This document shows positions 55,282 to 64,000 of a stretch of DNA of 64,000 nt, one piece after another. Positions within the stretch are counted from its first letter, which is position 1; every line of letters begins with the position of its first letter. The notes below the pieces were generated by a model that saw only the letters and a program-made list of their open reading frames with translations, was not told where the DNA came from and searched no databases. Origin of the DNA: a virus; the IMG/VR virus record IMGVR_UViG_3300031957_001651, positions 1 to 64,000 of that record; one strand, 5' to 3'. The position numbers and the translations under genes were made by a program.

Positions 55282-55348
55282 CAGAACTGGTGGAGTCAAT
55301 TGACCCTATTAGGTTTCTTGTTTCCTCAAAAAACAAGTGGCGAGCCTG
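55262..55348 (+). ncRNA. Structured motif copy 2 plus pseudoknot (manA/wcaG-RNA-like candidate)
   Basis: GAGTCACGGATGGACTGTAACAGAACTGGTGGAG; AGG/CCT crossed with CTTGTTT/AAACAAG, then TGG. Confidence 0.55.
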
Positions 55349-55356
55349 CAAGACCC

Positions 55357-55380
55357 AGAGGGAATCTTTCCCTCTTTTTT
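55357..55380 (+). terminator. Intrinsic terminator
   Basis: AGAGGGAA-TCT-TTCCCTCT followed by T run. Confidence 0.88.
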
Positions 55381-55416
55381 ATTCTAAATATTACATAACG
55401 TTCAAATTAAATTAAA

Positions 55417-55734
55417 ATGGCATACAAAGGAACAGCAGCAAAATCTTCAAGTGGTGCATCTATGTCAAAGTATGACGTAGAAGTCGAAGCAAGACTTAAA
55501 GCACTGGAAGCAGAAGCACATACAAAGCCAACTGGTGCTACTGCAGCAAAGGTTGAAGAGAGACTATCTGCTTTGGAAGCAAAAGCACACACACCTTGCG
55601 AAGGTGGTGGTAAGTCTGCTAAAGTAAATGCAGCAGCACTTCCAGCCAATGCTCCTAGAAAGACTACTCAACCACAAGGAAGAATCGACGCACTAGAAGC
55701 AAGACTTGAGGCACTAATCGCACAACTTTCCTGA
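55417..55734 (+). CDS. Late-expressed coiled-coil repeat protein
   Basis: VEARLKALEAEAHT / VEERLSALEAKAHT repeat; CTAAATA at 55384. Confidence 0.75.
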   Translation: MAYKGTAAKSSSGASMSKYDVEVEARLKALEAEAHTKPTGATAAKVEERLSALEAKAHTPCEGGGKSAKVNAAALPANAPRKTTQPQGRIDALEARLEALIAQLS

Positions 55735-55740
55735 TGACTT

Positions 55741-56355
55741 ATGTCAATTGAATTGATTCCTTTATTCTCTGTCCCTGTTATTAAGTTTAAGTTCAGTAAG
55801 CATAATAATTACAACTTCCCAACCATTAGGAGGCAAGAACGCATTCCTGATGGTTGGGAACTTTCGCTTAATAGTACATATCCAGAAATAGAAGATGATG
55901 ATCCATTGGTTCCTCGTGAAATGAGAGAGTCTATGGAACGTGATCTATATCTTGATACTAGGGCAGTATTGAAAAGACTTGATGTATCTTATGACAATAT
56001 TTTTATAAAGGATTTTTGGTATAACGTATACCATGAAGATCAAGGACAAGAACCTCATGATCATCTTGGAAATGCGGGAGATCCATCCCTTTATTGGTCA
56101 TGCATCTATTATAATAGAGGAGCATCACCAACAAAGTTTCATAATGCACATAGATATATGAAACTTTGTATGCCAGTTCACCTTGGGGAGAATTCACCAC
56201 TTTCCGATATGTATATTGATATGTATGACCAGGAAGTTGATGATGGTGATATCATTATGTTTCCACCTTGGATGGTTCATGAGGTTGTTCCTCAAAAGAA
56301 AGTTGATAAAATGAGATTGACATTTACATTTAACATAGGATATAATCATGAGTGA
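55741..56355 (+). CDS. 2OG-Fe(II) oxygenase-like protein (HxH type)
   Basis: WYNVY...[27 protein letters not shown]. Confidence 0.85.
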   Translation: MSIELIPLFSVPVIKFKFSKHNNYNFPTIRRQERIPDGWELSLNSTYPEIEDDDPLVPREMRESMERDLYLDTRAVLKRLDVSYDNIFIKDFWYNVYHEDQGQEPHDHLGNAGDPSLYWSCIYYNRGASPTKFHNAHRYMKLCMPVHLGENSPLSDMYIDMYDQEVDDGDIIMFPPWMVHEVVPQKKVDKMRLTFTFNIGYNHE

Positions 56356-57376
56356 TGTGAAGAAGAAAATGAAGACAGCATTAATTACTGGTATTACTGG
56401 GCAGGATGGTTCTTATCTTGCCGAGTTGCTACTTGAAAAGGGATATATGGTGCATGGCATTGTTCGGAGAGCATCTCTAATCAATACTGCTCGCATTGAT
56501 CATATCTTTGATCATGAACGAGTTAAGTTGCATTATGGGGATCTATCTGATTCTGCAAATATTGTTCATATCCTTCAGAAATGTCAACCAGATGAGATCT
56601 ATAATCTTGCTGCACAAAGTCATGTGAAGGTATCTTTTGAGATGCCCGAGTACACTGGTAATGTAGATGGTCTTGGCACACTTCGTATCCTTGAAGCAGT
56701 TCGTATTTTAGGTATGGAGAAGAAGTGCCGTATCTATCAAGCATCAACGTCTGAGATGTATGGACTTGTTCAGGAGACTCCTCAGACTGAGACCACACCT
56801 TTCTATCCACGTTCTCCATATGGATGTGCAAAGGTTTACTCCTATTGGATCACAAAGAACTATCGTGAGTCCTATGGAATGTATGCTTGTACTGGCATCC
56901 TATTCAATCATGAATCACCTCGTCGTGGTGAGACCTTTGTGACTCGTAAGATCACTCGTGGTCTTTCTCGTATTTCTGTTGGAGAGCAAAAGGTTCTCTA
57001 TCTTGGAAACCTAGATGCAAAACGAGATTGGGGACATGCAAAGGATTATGTTCGTGCTATGTGGTTAATGCTGCAACAGGATGAACCTGATGATTTTGTG
57101 ATTGCTACTGGAAAGCAGTATTCAGTTCGTGAATTTGTGGAAAGAGTTGCTCCTTACTTTGGAATTACAATTGAATGGGTTGGTGAGGGTGATGATGAGA
57201 TTGGTATGGATAAGCATACTAGGAAAACAATTATTGCTGTCCATCCTAAATATTATCGTCCTGCTGAAGTTGAAACTCTTCTTGGTGATTCTACCAAAGC
57301 AAAGGAGAAACTTGGATGGGAACCTGAAATTTCTTTCGATGAACTAATTGAGGATATGTGTATCTATGGACAATGA
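56348..57376 (+). CDS. gmd: GDP-mannose 4,6-dehydratase
   Basis: [44 protein letters not shown]. Confidence 0.98.
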   Translation: MSDVKKKMKTALITGITGQDGSYLAELLLEKGYMVHGIVRRASLINTARIDHIFDHERVKLHYGDLSDSANIVHILQKCQPDEIYNLAAQSHVKVSFEMPEYTGNVDGLGTLRILEAVRILGMEKKCRIYQASTSEMYGLVQETPQTETTPFYPRSPYGCAKVYSYWITKNYRESYGMYACTGILFNHESPRRGETFVTRKITRGLSRISVGEQKVLYLGNLDAKRDWGHAKDYVRAMWLMLQQDEPDDFVIATGKQYSVREFVERVAPYFGITIEWVGEGDDEIGMDKHTRKTIIAVHPKYYRPAEVETLLGDSTKAKEKLGWEPEISFDELIEDMCIYGQ

Positions 57377-58376
57377 TTCAAGAATTTTTCTTGCTGGTCA
57401 TAATGGTTTAGTTGGGTCAGCAATTCTTAGAAAGTTAAGGGCAGAAGGATATAAAAATATTATTCTTGCCGATAGATCTGTTGATCTTAGGTATGCTGAT
57501 CAAGTAAAATCATTCATTAGTGAATCGATACCAGATTATGTTATCTGTGCTGCAGCAAAAGTTGGTGGTATTATTGGTAATAGAGATTACAAAGCAGATA
57601 TCATCTGGGATAATCTAATGATTCAAACGAATCTGATTGATCTCTCATGGGATTGGAATGTTAAAAAACTTCTCTTCTTGGGATCGTCTTGCATCTATCC
57701 AAAACATGCATCGATTCCAATCAAAGAGGAATCTCTATTGACTGGTCCTTTAGAACCAACGAATGATGCTTATGCAATTGCAAAGATTGCTGGTATTAAG
57801 ATGTGTCAATCATACCATGAACAGCATGGTTTTAATGCCATCAGTGCAATGCCTTGCAATCTATATGGACCTGGTGATAACTTTCACCCAGAGAAGTCTC
57901 ATGTTCTTCCTGGAATGATTCGCAGATTCCATGAAGCAAAGGAACAGAATTTGCCAACAGTAACTTGCTGGGGTGATGGTTCACCTTTACGTGAGTTCTT
58001 GCATGTAGATGACCTTGCGTCCGCATGTGTATATCTGATGAATAATTATGATGATCCTCAGCAAATCATCAACGTTGGATCTGGAATTGAAGTTTCAATT
58101 AAGGAACTTGCAGAAACTATTGCTGATGTAGTAGGATATAAGGGTCTCATTATGTGGGACACTGAAAAACCAAATGGAACCATGCGTAAAGTAATGGATG
58201 TTTCCAGAATCAAAGCAACTGGATGGGAACCAAAGATTAGTTTGCGTGAAGGTATTGAGTTTACCTATAAATGGTTTGTTGATTCTCTGGGTGCAATTAG
58301 AGGTATGGATGATCTTGAAGGTGAAGTGAATGAGATTCTTAAAAAGAATTGTTGTAAAGGATGTAGTGAAGAATGA
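57366..58376 (+). CDS. fcl: GDP-L-fucose synthase (Fcl/WcaG)
   Basis: [44 protein letters not shown]. Confidence 0.97.
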   Translation: MDNDSRIFLAGHNGLVGSAILRKLRAEGYKNIILADRSVDLRYADQVKSFISESIPDYVICAAAKVGGIIGNRDYKADIIWDNLMIQTNLIDLSWDWNVKKLLFLGSSCIYPKHASIPIKEESLLTGPLEPTNDAYAIAKIAGIKMCQSYHEQHGFNAISAMPCNLYGPGDNFHPEKSHVLPGMIRRFHEAKEQNLPTVTCWGDGSPLREFLHVDDLASACVYLMNNYDDPQQIINVGSGIEVSIKELAETIADVVGYKGLIMWDTEKPNGTMRKVMDVSRIKATGWEPKISLREGIEFTYKWFVDSLGAIRGMDDLEGEVNEILKKNCCKGCSEE

Positions 58377-59362
58377 AAACAGCATTAGTTTGTGGAGCAG
58401 GTGGCTTTATTGGAAGTCATATGGTTCGTCGTCTCAAAAAAGAAGGATATTGGGTTCGTGGAGTTGATCTAAAGTATCCAGAGTTTTCAGAAACAGAAGC
58501 AGATGAGTTTATTATTGGTGATTTGACTGATGATGCATTAGCATTAAATGTTTGTAATCGATCCTTTGATGAGATCTATCAGTTTGCTGCTGATATGGGT
58601 GGAGCAGGTTATCTCTTTACGGGTGAGAACGATGCAAATATTATGCATAACTCTGTTCAGATTAATCTGAATGTTTTAAGAGCAGCATCAATTACATCGA
58701 TTGATACTACAAAGATTTTCTATTCATCTTCTGCTTGTGTCTATTCAGAACTCAACCAGGAGGATGTAAATCATATTGATACATCTGAGGCAAGTGTATA
58801 TCCTGCACAACCAGACTCTGAGTATGGGTGGGAAAAATTATTCAGTGAGAGACTGTACTTTGCTTTTGCAAAGCAGTATGAACTAGATGTAAAGGTTGCA
58901 CGTTATCATAATGTATTTGGTCCTGAGGGAACCTGGACTGGTGGTAAGGAGAAAGTACCTGCTGCTATGTGTCGTAAGGTTGCTGAAGTTCCTGAAGTTG
59001 GTGGACATATTCAGGTTTGGGGTAATGGTGAGCAAACAAGATCATTCCTGTTCATTGATGAATGTATTGAAGCAACATATCGTTTGATGCAATCCGATTG
59101 GAGTGGACCAGTTAATATTGGTTCTGAAGAGATGGTTAGTATTAATGATCTTGTAGATATTGTTTCCAGTGTTGCTGGAAAACCAGTTCGTAGAGTTCAT
59201 AAGATTGATGCCAATTGTATTGGTGTTAAGGCACGTAACTCAAATAATGATTTGATTCGTAAGATGCTAGAATGGGATTATACGATGTCTTTGAAAGAAG
59301 GTATTGAAATTACTTACGATTGGATTCGTACACAAGTTGAGGAGTCTAATAAATGTTCCTAG
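58373..59362 (+). CDS. NAD-dependent epimerase, GDP-mannose 3,5-epimerase-like
   Basis: GAGGFIGSH, AADMGGAGY, SSACVY, YGWEKL, GGKEKVPAAMCRK. Confidence 0.88.
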   Translation: MKTALVCGAGGFIGSHMVRRLKKEGYWVRGVDLKYPEFSETEADEFIIGDLTDDALALNVCNRSFDEIYQFAADMGGAGYLFTGENDANIMHNSVQINLNVLRAASITSIDTTKIFYSSSACVYSELNQEDVNHIDTSEASVYPAQPDSEYGWEKLFSERLYFAFAKQYELDVKVARYHNVFGPEGTWTGGKEKVPAAMCRKVAEVPEVGGHIQVWGNGEQTRSFLFIDECIEATYRLMQSDWSGPVNIGSEEMVSINDLVDIVSSVAGKPVRRVHKIDANCIGVKARNSNNDLIRKMLEWDYTMSLKEGIEITYDWIRTQVEESNKCS

Positions 59363-60201
59363 TAGCAACCACAAGGTCGGTATTATATGTCCGTGAAGAT
59401 AATGTGATCACTCCTGTAGATCGTGGTAAAGGTCTTTATTACGGTCTAACAAAAAACTTTGGTAAGTATTATGTTGCTTGCCGTAATAGTGATCCCACAA
59501 ACACTAATACTTTTATTCCTCCTGAAGAAGAGAGTGGAGATATTATTGTATTAGATAATAGACTAAGATCAGAGACAATTCTTGAACCAGAAGATTTCAA
59601 ATTACAAGATCTTCATGGCATTGCATTCTGGGGTGGCAGACTTCTCTGTACATCTAGTTACGGTGATTACATTGCAATCTATGATGGTGAGAAGTGGGAT
59701 AGATGGCAACCCATTCCACCAAGACGTAACTGCAGTTATCGAGATAGTCATCACTTAAATACTATCTACGGAACAGACAATCGTTTATATATCCTTGCAC
59801 ATAACTGGGATAATGGTAGTTTTATTCTTGAGTTTGATGGCATTGGTCAACCACCACGACAGATTCATAGTAATATGGGAATCCAATGTCATGATCTATG
59901 GATGTATAAAGGTGATATCTACACTCTAAGTTCTAAAGAAGGACGTGTTCGATCTACTGGTGGTTTTGTAAAAGATCTAGGTGGATGGGTACGTGGTTTT
60001 GCTCATGTTGATGATCATTTCTGGGTAGGTGTTTCACCTACAGCAAAGAGAAGTGATCGTGCATTTGGTGATGCTCTCATTCGTAAGTATGATGAGAACT
60101 GGAATCAAGTTGGTGAACTTGTTTTAGAAGACGAGGGTCAAATTCTATCAATCCTTGATATTGGACGCAAGGCATCAAATCCACAATTGGCAATGATATG
60201 A
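59353..60201 (+). CDS. Beta-propeller-like hypothetical protein
   Basis: Repeated short strand blocks with His motifs DLHGI, HHLNT, QCHDL; GWVRGF. Confidence 0.6.
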   Translation: MFLVATTRSVLYVREDNVITPVDRGKGLYYGLTKNFGKYYVACRNSDPTNTNTFIPPEEESGDIIVLDNRLRSETILEPEDFKLQDLHGIAFWGGRLLCTSSYGDYIAIYDGEKWDRWQPIPPRRNCSYRDSHHLNTIYGTDNRLYILAHNWDNGSFILEFDGIGQPPRQIHSNMGIQCHDLWMYKGDIYTLSSKEGRVRSTGGFVKDLGGWVRGFAHVDDHFWVGVSPTAKRSDRAFGDALIRKYDENWNQVGELVLEDEGQILSILDIGRKASNPQLAMI

Positions 60202-61067
60202 AGATTTATATTTGGGGGCACAAACTCCACGAACACACTCACAGTTATATTCATAGTTCTTACTACAAAGCATTTGATTATCTTGGTCATGAAGTCTATT
60301 GGATTGATCATAGAGATGATCCAAATATGTACGACTTCTCGGATTCAGTTTTCTTTACAGAAAATTTTGTAAAGAATGGGATGCCTCTTCGTAAGGATTG
60401 TAAGTATATTACTCATCATATTGATACCAAATACCTAACTGATGCTGGTGTTCCTTATGAGAATGTTTTGAAGTTGGGAAACTACTTGCCAAGTTTGGAG
60501 ATTCATGAAAAGGTAGATCACTTGGCATATTGGGATGAATCTACTCGTACTCTTTATCAACCTTGGGGAACAGACTTACTACCTCACGAAATTGATGAGA
60601 ATAATCCTGCAAAGTTTGATAGGAGTAAAAGGGAGTTAAACTATATTGGAATGCTTTATGAGCAAGGACCATGGTGGGCACAATCATTTGCAGACATTAT
60701 TTGGGAGAAAGATAATGTAGCATTCAAAGTCTTTACACAAAATGCATCTGATGATGAGAATAGAAAACTAGTTAGATCTTCATTCTTATGTCCAGACTTT
60801 AGAAGTGATTGGCACTTGCAATGTGGATACATTCCGTGTAGAATATTCAAGAATATTAGTTATGGTAGAGTAACTGGAACTAATTCACCATATGTAAAAC
60901 GTGCATTTGGGGATTATGTTGCATATGGTGGTACACCAGACACCTTATATTCAAATCTACTAGAATCAGATGCTGGTGGAAATATTGACATTAGAGAAGC
61001 AATGCTTTTTGTCAAAGAAAAACATACATTTATCAATAGAGTCAACACTATCTTGAAGTTATTATGA
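60198..61067 (+). CDS. Putative GT-B glycosyltransferase
   Basis: AFDYLGHEV, PWGTD, YIPCRIFKNISYG, HTFINRV. Confidence 0.65.
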   Translation: MKIYIWGHKLHEHTHSYIHSSYYKAFDYLGHEVYWIDHRDDPNMYDFSDSVFFTENFVKNGMPLRKDCKYITHHIDTKYLTDAGVPYENVLKLGNYLPSLEIHEKVDHLAYWDESTRTLYQPWGTDLLPHEIDENNPAKFDRSKRELNYIGMLYEQGPWWAQSFADIIWEKDNVAFKVFTQNASDDENRKLVRSSFLCPDFRSDWHLQCGYIPCRIFKNISYGRVTGTNSPYVKRAFGDYVAYGGTPDTLYSNLLESDAGGNIDIREAMLFVKEKHTFINRVNTILKLL

Positions 61068-61849
61068 TCGGTTTTAATCATCTAGGTCAGCACGGAAGAC
61101 TTGGTAATCAAATGTTTCAATATGCTGCACTCCGTGGTATTGCCGCGGCACGTGGATATGATTTCTGCATTCCCCAATCGGATTTTGTAGATGAGTGGAA
61201 GGATCATCAGTTGTTTGAAACTTTTAAACTCCCACATAATAATAATCGTGGGTATCAACTTCAACCAGATTATTATCAGGAGAAGCAATTTCATTATGAT
61301 CAGGAGTATGTAGATAATTGTCCTGATCAGATTTGCCTATTTGGATATTTTCAAACTGAAAGATACTTTGAAAATATTGCTGATAGTATTAGGGAAGACT
61401 ATACTTTCCATGATGAGATTGTAGAGACTTGCACTGAATTTATTGAGCAAGTAGACAATCCTCTCGCACTTCATGTTCGTAGAACTGATTATGTTTCCAA
61501 GGCAGCAGATCATCCACCATGCAGTTCTGAATATTATCAAGAAGCATTGAGTAAGTTTGATGATGATCGTAATGTAATTGTATTTTCCGATGATCCTGTG
61601 TGGTGTAAAGAACAAAGTATCTTCTCTTCAGATCGTTTCATGGTTGCTGAAGGAAATGACAATCGTTATGATCTATGTTTGATGTCCCTATGTAAAGACT
61701 TTATTATTGCCAACTCTTCTTTCTCATGGTGGGGTGCTTGGTTGGCAAATCGTGGAGGAGTAGTTGCTCCTGCTCGGTGGTTTGGTGAAGGGTATACGGC
61801 AAAAAATGATACTCGTGATATTGTTCCCAGTAACTGGTTGAAAGTATGA
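61064..61849 (+). CDS. Alpha-1,2-fucosyltransferase (GT11)
   Basis: GRLGNQMFQYA, GYFQ, HVRRTDY, FSDD, NSSFSWWGAWL. Confidence 0.95.
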   Translation: MIGFNHLGQHGRLGNQMFQYAALRGIAAARGYDFCIPQSDFVDEWKDHQLFETFKLPHNNNRGYQLQPDYYQEKQFHYDQEYVDNCPDQICLFGYFQTERYFENIADSIREDYTFHDEIVETCTEFIEQVDNPLALHVRRTDYVSKAADHPPCSSEYYQEALSKFDDDRNVIVFSDDPVWCKEQSIFSSDRFMVAEGNDNRYDLCLMSLCKDFIIANSSFSWWGAWLANRGGVVAPARWFGEGYTAKNDTRDIVPSNWLKV

Positions 61850-62598
61850 TTGATCTATCAGTTGCTATTCCTACTTATGAAATGGGTGGTGTAGGACCAG
61901 ATTACCTTAGAGAATTGTTTTCAAGTATTGCAAAGCAAACGTTCAAGAATTTTGAGGTTTGCATCTCAGATCATTCTAAGGATGATTCTACTCTTGAAGT
62001 ATGTGAAGAGTATTCTCAAGACTTTACGATTCAATACTTTAAGAATGTAGAAGATCGTGGTAATGGTCCAGCAAATACAAACTCAGCAGTTGAGATGTGC
62101 TCGGGTCAGTATACTAAATTAATCTTTTCTGATGATCTATTCATTAATGATAATGCCTTTGAATTGATTGTAAGAACCTTTGATGCTACTGATTGTAATT
62201 GGTTATTCAATGGATTTAAGCATACATCTGACGGTAGAAACTTTGTAAGACCAATGATTCCTCGTTGGACTGATATGATGTTGGAGGGTAGAAATCTTCT
62301 TGGTTCTCCTTCTTGCGTTTCCTTTAAGACTGATAAGTTTGTGAGATTTGATTCTCAACTTAAACTGTTAATGGATACTGATTTTTATCATCGTATGCGT
62401 TGTGAGAATGGTTCTCCTGGATTGATTCAAGAATATCTAATTGCTAATCGTGAGCATCCAAATAGAATTAGTTCTGCTAATGTAGATTACAACCATAGGT
62501 TTGACCATCCAGAAGGATCTTGGATTGTAAATAAGGAAGAACTAGACTATGTTCTAGAGAAAAACAAAACCAATACATATGAAAATGAGAAAGATTGA
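61846..62598 (+). CDS. Glycosyltransferase family 2
   Basis: SVAIPTY, FEVCISDHSKD, FSDD, GSPS, MDTDF. Confidence 0.88.
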   Translation: MIDLSVAIPTYEMGGVGPDYLRELFSSIAKQTFKNFEVCISDHSKDDSTLEVCEEYSQDFTIQYFKNVEDRGNGPANTNSAVEMCSGQYTKLIFSDDLFINDNAFELIVRTFDATDCNWLFNGFKHTSDGRNFVRPMIPRWTDMMLEGRNLLGSPSCVSFKTDKFVRFDSQLKLLMDTDFYHRMRCENGSPGLIQEYLIANREHPNRISSANVDYNHRFDHPEGSWIVNKEELDYVLEKNKTNTYENEKD

Positions 62599-63424
62599 TT
62601 TATCTAATGCAACCTTTATCGTTCCTATTAGATTGGAGTCTCCAGATCGACTGAGGAATGTAATCACAAGTTTGTGCTATATCTTAGCAAACTTTAAAAC
62701 TAATGTAATAGTTCATGAAGTTGATTCCGAGTCTGTATTTGCAGAAAGTGCTTTACCACAGATTACGGAATTTCTTGATGGGGATGTAGGAGATCTTAAA
62801 CATATTTTTGAGCAGTCTGATGCACCATCATTTCATAGACAGAGAGTTCTCAATGATATGATTATGATGTCAACTACTAAAGTAGTTGTGAATTATGATT
62901 GTGATGTTCTACTTCCAAGAGAAACCTATCAACATGCATATGAGATCATCAACAATGATCATGCAGATGTAATCTATCCATATGGTGATGGTAATTGGCA
63001 GTATCAAGTCTTTGCTGACGATGAACTTGTTACGGAATTCCTTACCAATGACTTCGATATGAGGATCCTAAATAAGAAGTCAAAAGTCTATATGTCCAAA
63101 TATGGATTTTGTCAATTCTTCAATAGAGATGTTTATATTGAAGGTGGATTAGAGAATGAAAATTTTGTAGCATATGCTCCAGAAGATGTAGAAAGATATC
63201 ATAGATTTACAACTCTTGGATATAGAGTTGGTAGAGTACCTGACTGGGTGTATCATTTAGAACATTCTAGGACTCCAAATTCATGGGTCAATAATCCACA
63301 TATGCAAGAAAATAATGCAGAGTGGGAAAATATTCGGAAGATGCAACCTAATGAATTAAGAGAGTATATCACCAGTCAGGAATATTATAAGAAAAGGTTA
63401 TGTCAAACAAAAGAATTGCAGTAA
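62579..63424 (+). CDS. GT-A glycosyltransferase (GT2/GT7-like)
   Basis: FIVP, RLRN, YDCD (DxD), GGLENENFVAYAPED, YHLEH. Confidence 0.82.
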   Translation: MKMRKIDLSNATFIVPIRLESPDRLRNVITSLCYILANFKTNVIVHEVDSESVFAESALPQITEFLDGDVGDLKHIFEQSDAPSFHRQRVLNDMIMMSTTKVVVNYDCDVLLPRETYQHAYEIINNDHADVIYPYGDGNWQYQVFADDELVTEFLTNDFDMRILNKKSKVYMSKYGFCQFFNRDVYIEGGLENENFVAYAPEDVERYHRFTTLGYRVGRVPDWVYHLEHSRTPNSWVNNPHMQENNAEWENIRKMQPNELREYITSQEYYKKRLCQTKELQ

Positions 63425-64000
63425 TTACATCATCAATCGGATCTAATGAATTAATTAGTCCGCAAAAGTGGATGCATAAAGTTGATTATCATGCCTTTGT
63501 AGAGCCACAATATCTACATATTGGTGATATGTGGAATCGTCATGAATATGTTAGTTTTTCACTAGATCCAAAATACAAGAATAGAAGAGATGCAAAGATC
63601 TATAAAGTCTGTCCACATTTATTTCTTCCTGGATATGATTACTATATTTGGATGGACTCTACACATATTTTAGAAGCAGATCCAGAAGAATTGATTGAAG
63701 AATATTTGAAAGGTTCTGATATTGCAGTCTTCAAACATCCAGAACGAGATTGTGTATATGAAGAAGGAAATCTAGTCAAACAGATTGGGTTTGATCATGC
63801 TAACTTAATAGAAGATCAACTTGACTTCTATAGAGAGATGGAGTATCCTGAACATAATGGTTTATATGAACTTCCCGTAAGAATTCAAAAAAATAATGGA
63901 CGAACAAAACAACTTGCTTTGATGTGGTGGGAACAGATTTGTATGTTTTCATCAAGAGATCAAATTAGTTTCCCGTTTGTCTGTGAACAATTAAATATTG
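63400..64000 (+). CDS. DUF616 (glycosyltransferase-like) protein, 3'-truncated
   Basis: Manual read MSNKRIAVITSSIG...KIYKVCPHLFLP.YDYYIWMD...KHPERDCVYEE...RDQISF. Confidence 0.8.
   Translation, partial: MSNKRIAVITSSIGSNELISPQKWMHKVDYHAFVEPQYLHIGDMWNRHEYVSFSLDPKYKNRRDAKIYKVCPHLFLPGYDYYIWMDSTHILEADPEELIEEYLKGSDIAVFKHPERDCVYEEGNLVKQIGFDHANLIEDQLDFYREMEYPEHNGLYELPVRIQKNNGRTKQLALMWWEQICMFSSRDQISFPFVCEQLNI

Noticed and set aside
1090-61615. Minus-strand and alternate-frame ORFs in the supplied track (e.g. 7305-7631, 19126-19512, 28642-28980, 55407-55649)
   Set aside because: Shadows of strong plus-strand genes, with no motifs or RBS.
1-64000. CRISPR arrays, integrase or IS elements, photosynthesis genes, stop-codon recoding
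   Set aside because: None seen. Core genes translate intact with the standard code and no suppressor tRNA is present.

Overview
64-kb, AT-rich, entirely plus-strand segment of a T4-like marine cyanophage (Kyanoviridae-type myovirus). A Synechococcus-type host is an inference from the tRNA set. Gene order: tail sheath gp18 (partial), gp19, gp20, gp21, gp22, gp23, gp3, uvsY, uvsW, gp55, gp47, gp46, a vWA-peptidase/MoxR(CobS-like) pair, gp45, gp44, dam, gp62, regA, hsp20, gp43, uvsX, gp41, mazG, tRNA-Ala, a cluster of probable head-packaged proteins, gp61, nrdAB, a GIY-YIG nuclease, a tRNA region (Arg, Asn, Gly, Met), and a GDP-fucose/glycosyltransferase island that runs off the right edge. Highlights beyond the core: (1) ten 2OG-Fe(II)/JmjC oxygenases, many inserted singly between core replication genes, plus a promoter-driven oxygenase/O-fucosyltransferase/oxygenase operon, a carbamoyltransferase, a sulfotransferase and a GDP-fucose pathway, which together suggest a hydroxylate-then-decorate modification system; (2) two covarying copies of a ~37-nt structured motif, each placing the upstream gene's TAA stop at the same position, bracketing the carbamoyltransferase-cupin pair, plus two H-type pseudoknots; (3) a ROSE-like thermometer hairpin on hsp20; (4) an AACTG-containing box starting exactly 39 nt before the -10 hexamer at three promoters; (5) capsid-targeting-like N-termini and repeated gp21-type xxE sites in a late cluster that includes an HxGH nucleotidyltransferase. 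All calls come from motif recognition and synteny; no database search was run.
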